Assembly: GCF_000400465.1 (NCBI RefSeq)
Contig: NW_008806283.1
Coordinates: forward strand, 330,001-362,000
Direction: 5' to 3'
From: Wallemia ichthyophaga EXF-994
Taxonomy: Eukaryota; Fungi; Basidiomycota
DNA: 32,000 nt
Within the stretch, counting starts at the first letter, position 1, and every line of letters begins with the position of its first letter. The notes under the pieces are model-generated. The model was not told the origin of the DNA, ran no database searches, and saw only the letters and a program-made list of their open reading frames with translations. Below, one piece after another: positions 19,568 through 29,339 of this stretch. Both the position numbers and the translations under genes were made by a program.

Positions 19568-19909
19568 ATGGCCAAGTCAAAGAAGTCAGTTTGGAGCGTA
19601 TTGATTGTGTTATAAGCGTCTAACACCCAACAGCCACACTAACCACAACCAATCTGCCAAAGCTCACCGTAACTTGAAGTTCTCCCAAAGAGCTCGTTAC
19701 CCATCCAAGAAGGGTGTTGATCCAAAGTTCCTTCGTAGTGAGTGGTGTGATTACAGGTTGTTTATCCAGCTAACATGCCTCCCAGACCAAAGATACGCAA
19801 CCCAAGGTAACATCAAGAAGGCACTTGCTATCAGAGTGGGTTGGTTCTTACTGAAGGATATACACGGCTAACAAGAACACCGCAGAAGGGAACTGTTGAA
19901 TCAAACTAA
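19568..19909 (+). CDS. RPL29: 60S ribosomal protein eL29 (64 aa, four coding exons)
   Basis: Exons 19568-19584, 19634-19737, 19786-19835, 19886-19909 give [64 protein letters not shown]. A probable 5'-UTR intron 19512-19563 removes upstream ATGs. Confidence 0.93.
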
Positions 19910-20196
19910 AATTAGTTTAAGGAACTCTCTGACTTTGCATGAAACTGTCTAAAATGATTTATATTCATTTTTGAGCTAAAAACAAATTCAAGTGTGAAAA
20001 TCTTTAATTTCTACTGAGTTGATAGTGTATGCTTTAGTGTGATATGGTTGGTAAACATTCCTGAAACAACTAGTCCGGATGCCTGAAATATTCAAAGTTA
20101 CATTCCTAATAATTAATCTAAAATCTGATATCGGTTAAACTCGACGCAGTACTCGTCGGACAATACTTAGTCACCACGACATAAAACATCGCAGAA

Positions 20197-20612
20197 ATGT
20201 CCGCGGAACAACAAACAGGCCAAATGGATGCACTTGGTGGGTGAATGGTGCTATACAAGTGCGTGTGTCCCACTCACACCTATCCACAGACAAGGGCGTC
20301 GACTTCGCTGCTAACAAGGCGGGACACAAGCAATCAAGAGGAACCGTTGAAAAGATTTCTGGTGAGTCTGGTGTGTTTTGTTGGATTTCCTGCTTAAATT
20401 CACTTTACAGACGGGTATGTCTCTGCGCAGACGCACACACGCGCCTCTAACAAAGCCCAGAATTCGCAAAATCTACAAGAAGCTTACAGGCAAAGAAGGT
20501 GAGTCGAGTGTTATGTGCTGAATACACTCTCACACGCCACATCAGTACCTATCAAGGTATGCATAAGCGTCTCACCCACGATCCCGCTCACATCATACAG
20601 GACAAAGAGTAA
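20197..20612 (+). CDS. Small 58-aa hydrophilic protein, six exons including 4-nt and 11-nt micro-exons; absent from the ORF track
   Basis: Exons 20197-20236, 20290-20361, 20411-20414, 20461-20498, 20546-20556, 20601-20612; five GT-AG introns of 44-53 nt. Product MSAEQQTGQMDALDKGVDFAANKAGHKQSRGTVEKISDGIRKIYKKLTGKEVPIKDKE*. Confidence 0.82.
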
Positions 20613-20831
20613 TTCTCCCCCCAAACTTCCCTCACAGCCATATTGTCTACTGCTTAATACATAACTTGTGTCTATTGAAAACTAAGTGTGAAAGATGAAA
20701 ATTTTGTACATTTTGGACATAAAAAACAACACAGTAGTATCAATATCTGGTATAACCTCCTCAGTCGTTAAACAAGCAATGCAAGCAATGCATATAATGC
20801 ATCCACTAAGTTACTCCAAACACCTTTCTCT

Positions 20832-23800
20832 TCACTTCCAACCGGGCTTAGCAGCTGAGCCAGTGAAGCTAAAATCGCCAAACCCATGTGAGGCGGGGGT
20901 ACTGTTGGTATTGTTACCCACACCGGCACCAACACCCACGCTGCCTCGCCGCGACGGCATCAGCGACCGTCTCCCGCCTTTACGGGGGCTCTTGAGTGCA
21001 TTACGGCTGTTGAGGCTGTTGCCTGGATTGAATCGCACGGGTCCGGACTGTGCGGATGAGTTGGTGACGGTGTGGCTGTGCGGCTGAGAGTGTGATTGTG
21101 ATTTCGATTTGGGTTGCTCGTGCGAAGGCTGACTGTGAGCATGCCCGTTCTGCCCGATATGGTGACTGTGGTTATAAGCACTCTCAGACCCTAGCAGACT
21201 CGCTCTACCTCTTCGCATAGGACCGATGTTGCTACCCCGGCGTAATCTGCGTGTGCGTGGTGTACCAGCGCTAGTGGCTGCATTCGTGCTGCTCGTGTTT
21301 GCACCTCCATTCATACTCATACTCATATTCCCACTCCCACTCCCACTCATACCCGGCTCGGGGAGTTTGGATAGCCGTCTGGCGGAGCTGGCAGTGGGGG
21401 CTGCGAAACCTGCGCGTTTACCTGGACTGCCCGTGCTGCTCGTTGTGGTGTTGCTGCTATTGCTGTTGCTGGTGTTGCTGCTGCTGCTGCTACTCCCATT
21501 ACCTCCATTGCTCCCAGTGCCATTCAGATCGAGGAGCGCAACACGTTTCGCGGGCGACGACAATCGCATCGGCGACCCATTGCTCATCTGTGCCTTGCTA
21601 TTGCTATTGCTATTGCTGCCGCTGAAACTCGCCTCCTCGTCTTCGCCGAGATTACTTAGCGTCGTCTTTTTCGCGAGCGGCGGCTTGGAGGTGAGTGGGC
21701 GCATGCTACTGCTCATCCGGCGCGGTGGTTTTTGTGAGGACTGCTGTGACTGCTGTTCTAGTCGCACAGGGCCGCGTTGAGAAGAAGCGTGAGCGGCAGC
21801 GGTAGCATTTTGAGATTGCGTTTGAGAGTGAGAGTGAGGTTGATGTTGAATTGGAGCCACTGGCACGCTCACTGGCTCATCTTGAATCATGGGTACAACA
21901 CCCCCACCACCGCCAAACACCCCGTCGATCTCATTCTCATTTACACTGTGAGTTACATGCTCAAGCTCATCATCCTCCCAGCCGCCGTCACTCTTGTTGT
22001 CGTCCGTCTCCATTTCGCCACCACTGCCACCGCCAATGACGGTCGTCTTCGGCTTAATGCTTCGCCCGAGACTCTGGCGACGCCGCGACTCGTACAGCTC
22101 CCCCTCACCCGCCTCGTCTTTCCACCGGAAGCTTTTCTTCGGGAGGGGAAGAATGTTGTGAGTGGTTTGAGTTGGTTGTGTTGGTTGCGTAGGGTGGGCT
22201 GCAACGCTTGCTGCAGCGCTGAAAGAAAGGGGAGGTGGAGGTTTGAAATGAGCGTTATGCGCTGGTTGCACGCCACCGTCGTAATTTGACAGCCGCCTAT
22301 GAACTCGTTTAGGACTGCCAACACTGAGACTTCCCATAGCGTTGCGGACATGACGCAAACCATGCGTGCCATGCGTGCCCTGACCGAGTGATTCAGGCTC
22401 CACCAGTCCCGGCTGGGGGATGCTAGACGGGGAAAGGCTCTTAAGGTTAACGGTGAGGGGAGGTGGAGGGTTGAAGGGGGAGTTAGCCGAGAGCATATCC
22501 TGTCTGTACGAGCCGCGAATAGGCGACGTTACGGCAGCGATAGGTGGTGGTAGTTCATCGTTGGAGTTGATACTACTCAGCAACGCGTTACTCTCCTCGA
22601 ATTCACCCTGTAAGGATTTGGCATAAGCCACATGCGTACTGTAGTCAACCTGCTTCTTGTTGACATCTTCTATCAACTTGTTGCCGATCTGGGCGAGGTG
22701 GGCGATCGTCTTCGTCGTCCCACTCAGCCCTGTCGATAGGACACCAAGGGCGTTTTTAAGGATATCTACACGGGCTTTCTCCGACTCGAGTTGCACCTTG
22801 TCGCGACAACCTTGAGCGGCTTGTCGGATCTGCATTGTAGTGTGCTCATCCATTCCATCATACCGCTTCTCCTCTATAGCGCGGAGGGTAGCTTCGAGAA
22901 CGGCCATATTTTTCTGTGCGCTAGAAATATGCCCTCGAGCGGCGCTATGCGGTGCCAAAACTTTAGCTAGTGGACGGAGCATGCTTGATAGGAGGGCTAT
23001 TTCGTGGATGTGTGCAGAGGGTTCGGCGTTCAGCACCCCCAGACGCATTTCGAGAGGCTGGGCGCGCATTGTCGATGTAAGCAATAAGGCTTCCCATGCC
23101 GCCCCTTTCGTTATGGAGGGAAGTGTCGCTTGGAGTTTTTCAGTTATGTCGCTCTTCACTCGCACCATCTCCTCATAGTTGTACTGCCTTTTGCGCTGAT
23201 CAGCTACACTCAGCTCGTCGCTTCGACTGTCTATCACTCCCTGTAGCTTCCCATTTTGCTCGCGCAGCTCGGCTATCATCTGCACATACTCACGCACATG
23301 TCGATCGACGTTGATGATGTTCTTGGACACTTTTGTCTTGATATTCTTGGCGCGATTGGCATACTTGAGTGTGTTCTGCGTGTCTTCGTAGTGCTGCGAG
23401 AAGGGAGAGACACAGACGATCTGTGAAAGTATTAGAGTGAGGCATAACAATAACATCACGACACACCATGACAGTACGGCAATTACCACCCAGACTGAAT
23501 TTCAACAAGCGCGTCAACTTGGAATTGCGGTAGGGTATATGTCCTTTGACACCCTCACAGAGAGCGTTGATGCAATTACCTAAAGCTAGTAGACTCTTGT
23601 TAATGTTAGCCCCCTCAGTCATACGTTTACCGCTATTTTGCGTCGCTGATGCTCTCTCACTACCCGCCAAATCGATGATGGAGAGCGTCGCACACTGCTC
23701 GCTGTCATGCCCCACCTGTCTCTTCTTAACGTTGATTTGGAGAACAGCGTGGGAGCGTGAAGAGGTTGCGTTTGCCATCGTAGGGCTCATAGTGCGTTTT

Positions 23801-24559
23801 TTGTTACCGTCAAGGATCATGAGAAGGACTTGTTCAGGGGAATCTGGGTGGTGTTCGGATAGACCAGCTACGCTAATTTTATGACCAGCGCTCTCCTGCA
23901 ATGCCAGACCAGAACGCGGTGCTTTTGAGTCAGGTGGAGCGAGCAAATCGCGTATCATTTCGTTGTAAATCTCGAGGTAACTGAGGCTGATTTGAACGTT
24001 GTGCGTGGATTCAAGGTGGTGGATGCGCGTAAAAAGCTCGTTCATGGTGCGAATGATGATGCCTGGATCGTTTGGAGTGCCGGAGATGGTGTGGGTCTTT
24101 CCACAGCCAGTAGCGCCGTAAGCAAAGACGGTAGCGTTGTAGCCATCGAGGACGCCGTCGATGAGAGGGAGAGTGGAGTCGTGGAAGACGTGTTGTTGGG
24201 TGGTGGGCTCAGAAAAGACGCGATCAAACGCGTATCGCTGGTCTTTGTAGCGTTTCATTCCAGGCCGAGTAAAACCCATATTCTGAAAAGACCGAGTGGG
24301 GTCGTTGTCAGGGGGATCAAAGATGAGTACTCTATCGTCCAAAACATCGATGATACGCCTAGAAGAGCGAACTGGGTGTTTTTGGGGAGTGTAAGAGAGG
24401 GACGCGTCTGAGGAGAATGCGTTGGTGGACAGAGGCTCGATTAAGCCGCTTTCCTTGTTTGTCAGTGGTCTGACGCGTACTGGGATGGCGTGAGAGACGA
24501 AGACGGACAGCAACACTGAGCGCACCGGAGACGGATATGGATGAGTCGGTGGATGTCAT
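20832..24559 (-). CDS. KIP3: Kinesin-8 motor (Kip3/Klp5-6 type) with a long disordered tail
   Basis: ATG 24559 MTSTDSSISVS plus intron 24525-24480 to VRVRP; YAFDRVF, P-loop AYGATGCGKTHT, SSRSHA, IDLAGSER, NINKSLLALGNCI, HIPYRNSKLTRLLK; a second short intron gives TVM-IVCVSP..NTLKYANRAK. Confidence 0.92.
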
Positions 24560-24652
24560 CGACTTAACACGCGTTTTTTATCTGTATTTCTATCCTCGCT
24601 GTGTCCGCGTGGCAGCGAGATGTAAAGAGATGAATAGACAAATGAAAATAAT

Positions 24653-25180
24653 TTACAAAATTTGTTTGAGTTGGATGAGCGTGGACATGGATACACTCGC
24701 AAGCACGGCGATTCCGGTAAGTCGCTTGATCGCCGGTGTTTTTAATTTGTAGACGATGGACGTTGCTGCGACGGTGCTGAGCGATCCACTGAGATCATCG
24801 ATGGGCCTGTACACGCTGTCCCCCAGGCCCGCTCTCTGGCGCGCCTTCTCTGCGCCCACGCTCCCCAGCACCCACAGCAACCCAATTCCCCCCATCTTAC
24901 TACCATCCACCAAGCCATTCTTCAGGCTCATTTGCATTATCTTGTAATTCTTCGTCTTATTGTAGAAGTACCACCCTTGCACCGTCTTTGGCGCCCTGTG
25001 TGCATTCTCTGCTAAAAACTTTTTACCCGCCAATCTTCCCCCTCTATAGCTCCCAAGCGAGAATCCAACCAGAGAAGCACAAAATACAATTGGGAATGAT
25101 CTTTCTGGGATGGTGAGCCTTATCACATTGCTCTCTGTCTCTCTATTCCCGCCTTGTGTCGTCATCGTCGTCATATGCAT
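24653..25180 (-). CDS. Conserved fungal membrane protein, Tim17/22/23-like; start at 25180, 25174 or 25165
   Basis: Gly-patterned TM segments (SLVGFSLGSYRGG, GSKMGGIGLLWVLG) and the motif FLAENAHRAPKTVQGWYFYNKTKNYK recalled from a fungal family; the Tim17 link is inference. Confidence 0.6.
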   Translation of the reverse strand: MHMTTMTTQGGNRETESNVIRLTIPERSFPIVFCASLVGFSLGSYRGGRLAGKKFLAENAHRAPKTVQGWYFYNKTKNYKIMQMSLKNGLVDGSKMGGIGLLWVLGSVGAEKARQRAGLGDSVYRPIDDLSGSLSTVAATSIVYKLKTPAIKRLTGIAVLASVSMSTLIQLKQIL

Positions 25181-25206
25181 ACAATCAATACAATCCCTTC
25201 TCCCTT

Positions 25207-27664
25207 TCACCCCCCATACCCATGCGTAAGCCTATACTTTATCCCCTTCAACAGCTTCGAATAGCGTGGTGTATTCTTGGCTGACGTATGCGATACGTGC
25301 AGAGGCGAGGGTACTTTGCTGTCAAAGTCATTCTGAAACACATCTGTCCGAACACTGTAATGATTCTTCTTTGCTGTGTTGTGACTCTGCCGCAGTTTGT
25401 TCTTCTCGATGGATGTCTGGTGGCGCGTGTTTCGTTTTTCACTTTCTTTGGGAGGCTGAGAGGCGATATGTGAGTCGAATGCGTTGGTTGATTGGGTGAA
25501 CCTGGTTGGGTGGTGTGGTTTGGGTGGATTTTCTGTGTTGGCTGTGTTGGCTGTGTTGGCTGTGTTGGCTGTGTTTTCTATGTTGGCTGGATTGCTTGTA
25601 TCACCTGCATTACCTGTATTACCTGCAGTACCTACACTCCTTGCACTCCCTTCTCTGCTCTTCTTCTTGCCTTCCCCATTCATCTCCTCCTCCCGCTTCC
25701 GCGCCTCCCTCTCCAACGCCAATGTCTCGCCGTATCTCTGCAATCTCTCCATCAAGTCGTTTTCTTCAACCCCTTCACTCCCTCCGCTCCCCTGTCTGCG
25801 ATTATCCACCGCATTCGGCGCTTTCCCCTTCTCTGCCAGCGTCAGCAACTCTTTCTGCACCCGTTTCACCATTTCCGCAGCCTGCGCTGAGCTCACGCGT
25901 TCTTCCTGCTCTGCCAGAGGCAGCTCCTGCAGATTAGCGAAGCGGTGAGTGTGAGAGGGGTGAGAGGGGTGAGAGGGGTGAGAGGGGTGTGATGAGTGAG
26001 GGTGCGTTGAGTGCAAAGGGTCTGATAAGTGTGGTGAATGTGATTGTGATGAGTGTGTCGACTGATTTATACTTGCACTCCCACTTCCGTTCCCGACCCC
26101 ATTAAACGATGTCGCACTTTGTTGTCGCATCGCCGCCCGTCGTTTCTCCCGTCTATCTGCATGCGCCTCTCTGGCATGCTGTGACTGATTCATCGGTATC
26201 TTAAGTACGACGTCTGCATAATTAGCCTGATTCGCTTGACTCGCGCTCGTGTGCGAGCTGTTGTCGTCTGTTGCTGACAGTTGAGCATTCGTTGAACGCG
26301 TGTTTGTCGTGGATATGGTGGACACCGTGTTGGTGCGATGGCGGTGGTGGAGTGGTTGTGGTAGTGGTAGTTGTGGTGGTTGTGAGTGTGAGTGTGCTAC
26401 GTCATTGTCTTGTATAGCATGGCTAGTACTGCCAGCACTCCCACCACCACTCACACTCACACTTCTACCATTGTTATTCCCGCTCACCTCCCTCACCCGC
26501 TCCCCTTTTTTGAGAGGTGACGACGGCACTGAGGTGTTGGGCGATAGCGACGAGTTGCTGTTGGAACGCGCTCGAGTTGCATACTCATCTCCATCTCCTC
26601 CATCGCTCAAGGTTTCCTGTCCTTTCCCTGCATCTGTCTTGGACCTGCTGAATAGACTAGCGAGGGACTGCTTGCTCACTAGCCGTCTGAGGCTGTGTTG
26701 CGGTGGTGGCTGTGGCTGTGATTGTGATTGTTGTTGTTGTTGTTGTTGCTGCCCATTATCGTGATTAAGGCTAATAACCTCGTTTACATTCTCTGATGAG
26801 AAGGTTTCACCTGCTCGATTCAAGTTAAAGCTCTCTTTGATGGGTGTGTGAGGTGCTTGTGCGTTTGTTTGTGGTGTTTGTGGTGTTCGCGGTGATCCCA
26901 GCGATCCCGACGAGCTACCCCCTTCGAGTACATTAGCGAGGCTCTCAGAATGGCTATAACGCCTATTCCTATTGCTCCTTCGAATTGAGCTGGTAGAATT
27001 CCTAATCGTCGACGACGACTGTTCGATGATCGATGGGAGGGATGGTCTGCGATGTTTAGACTGCTCTTCACGCACTATCTTATCCTCCAATGCGTCAATA
27101 GCCTCGTCTGGCGTTTGCGACGTCTTCATAGTGTGATTGACGAGCAAGTGAACAACATCCCTGAAACCGCAGTGAAGAGCGAGTGTAGCTGGAAGCTGAC
27201 CATTCTTGTCGAGCCTGTTGCTGTCTGCGCCGTGTTCTAACAGCGTGATGACGATAGCGAGGTGACCACTGCCAGCTGCATAGTGAAGCGCTGTGGAACC
27301 CGTCGTGCCTGGAGATAGATCCGTGTGGGAGTGATGGAGATGAGATTCTTTGGGTGCGCCGATATTCTTTGCTAGTCGCGCCGCGTTTACATCCGCGCCG
27401 GCATCAATCAACATTTTGAGGACATCCTTGGAAGCGGCAAGAGCAGCGGCGTGTATTGGGAGAGTACCTTTATAAACGCTATTGACTGGTTGTCCGTTAC
27501 GCAACGCAAATGCAGCTGATCCAACGTCATTGGAAAAGGCAGCTTGATGGAGATTTAGATTTGTGTCTAGAAGAAATCAGCAGCTGCTAAACACACTCAA
27601 ATAAACTCATCTCACACTCTGTAACCACGTTGTACTTTGCTTCGATTTTATTCAAATTTCTCAT
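25207..27664 (-). CDS. Ankyrin-repeat protein with a long Ser/His/Gln-rich disordered C-terminus
   Basis: Exon 27664-27616 and intron 27615-27567 give MRNLNKIEAKYNVVTEYTNLNLHQAA; ANK motifs TLPIHAAA..LIDAGADVN, GSTALHYAAGSGHLAIVITLLEHGAD, GQLPATLA. Confidence 0.85.
25533..25575. repeat. Coding 9-bp tandem repeat (CTGTGTTGG)x4.8, encodes (NTA)n
   Basis: Four perfect units plus a partial unit, read directly. Confidence 0.9.
25951..25986. repeat. Coding 9-bp tandem repeat (GTGAGAGGG)x4, encodes (HPS)n
   Basis: Four perfect units, read directly. Confidence 0.9.
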
Positions 27665-27971
27665 TTTACCATCCTCGCCGTTCTCCACCAAGATATTTAG
27701 CAGGTGAGATAACACTTCCATTTTAGGCGATGGGCGTGAACAGGCTGAAATTATTTTTTATTTCCCCAAACTCACAAGGCACATCTCACAGGCACAGCGC
27801 ACTCTTCATTGATGCCGATATTACGTTATCCTGTTATCATAAGTAATATTTAATTCCCGTGATTCACTAAAATGACGTCATTAAACTTATTTACATTTAT
27901 AGAAACTTTACATAATTTCGGAAGCAACCAGGGGATTTGTTGAGTTTTTAGTGCGTTTATCCAGTGGTTAG

Positions 27972-28001
27972 CGGGTGCACTCGGGTGTAATCGGGTGTAC
28001 T
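27972..28001. repeat. Three tandem 10-mers CGGGTG(C/T)A(C/A)T
   Basis: cgggtgcact cgggtgtaat cgggtgtact, immediately after the stop of the NDUFA9-like gene. Confidence 0.8.
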
Positions 28002-29171
28002 CAATAGCTGCTCTTATTCTTCAATTCCTCTCTCTTCTTCCTCTTGTCCTCCTCCTTACACCTCTCCGCATCCTCCTTGCCGCTTCTCATCCTCGCTGGA
28101 TGTCCTTGGGGAGAAAGATATGTTGGGAGGACGTCATGCACACTCCTAGGCTGTACACCTGCAAAGTCCTGCAGCAGCTCCCTAAAACTGGCCTGATCAG
28201 CACCTCTCTCGTGCTGTGGTGTGACTATCTGCACAATGGTTAGCGACGCGTGAGCCAATTCACTCCACCCACATTGTTGCTCTTCAGCTGCTCCACCTGA
28301 TCACGTGTGATTGATAACAGCGCTGGTACCGGCAGTCTCTCTATGATCCCCGCCTGCATTTTCGCCACCAGCCACGGTATTGGTATGATAGCGCGGCTGC
28401 GACCATTGTAATTAAGCACTAATTCCATAATTTGTCGATATGTGAACACTAATCCGGTCATCAGTCGGTTATTAAGTCTCATCCCCCAATTACTCACCCT
28501 CAGGCCCACCAGCTTCTATCGTTTTCCCATTCACCCGCTCGCCTATCTGGCCATCTTCCACTGCACTCGCTGATACAGCGACCGCTTGCGCCACATCTCC
28601 AACGTAAACCGGCTGAAACAGTGTCTTGCCGTCGCCGAAAACCGGCAGGAACGGCAAGTACTTGGACAGAGTGCTGAATCTATTAAAGAAGCTATCGCCC
28701 GATCCGAATACCAGTGATGGTCGTATAATAGTCGCATTCTTGCACTCCTTCCTCGCAGCTTCTTCGCCTTTCGCTTTGGTGAGCGCATAAGGCAGCCTGG
28801 AATTAACATCTGATCCAATGGCTGATATTTGTATATACGCCGATGCATTCTCTGATGCTGCCTGTGCCGCGTTGTGCGCTCCCTCATGCTGCACCTTGTC
28901 AAACACCTGTGGCGAGGCTTGCAACAGTCCAACCGTATTTATCACCGTATCTGATCCTTTCACGGCACTGCGAACCGTCTCTATATCTGTCACATCCACC
29001 TTTGGCGTCGTTTGCCGTGATCCGAGGTTTACCGTGGCTTCTGGGAATCTCCCTCTCAGTGCTTGAGCTATGTTGCTGGCTGGCGTTGATTATTAGATCT
29101 TTCTCTGAATGCACCACCTCCAGCTTACCAACGAAGCCTGATCCTAGTATTGTAATTCTCCTGCCCGTCAT
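28001..29171 (-). CDS. NDUFA9-like atypical SDR (NAD(P)-binding Rossmann fold)
   Basis: Introns 29128-29080, 28497-28449 and 28272-28229; ILGSGFVASNIA, VINTVGLL, QISAIG, YALTKAKGE, IIRPSLVFGSGDSFFNRF, FQPVYVGDVA, EAGGPEVFTYRQI, ITRDQVEQLKSNNIV. Confidence 0.82.
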
Positions 29172-29248
29172 GATGGAATGAGAAGACGTACGTCATACGT
29201 ATGCTCCTACAACGCAATCGGCATTCACTTATTCATTAAAATCTAGAA

Positions 29249-29280
29249 TCATGCAAACTTATTCATCATGCAAACTTATT
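29249..29280. repeat. Direct repeat TCATGCAAACTTATT x2
   Basis: Copies at 29249-29263 and 29266-29280 in the spacer between the eIF4G stop and the NDUFA9-like start. Confidence 0.85.
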
Positions 29281-29339
29281 ATCATACGCGTATCACAACA
29301 AAGTAAAAGCGAGAAATTTTTCCGTTGGAATTAGTCTTG

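Noticed and set aside
21226-22289. Antisense ORFs with poly-Leu, poly-Cys and similar runs over the kinesin tail; same for 25484-25948, 26300-26764 and 29956-30327
   Set aside because: Mirror images of low-complexity Ser/Asn/Gln/Gly codon repeats on the coding strand, not independent genes.
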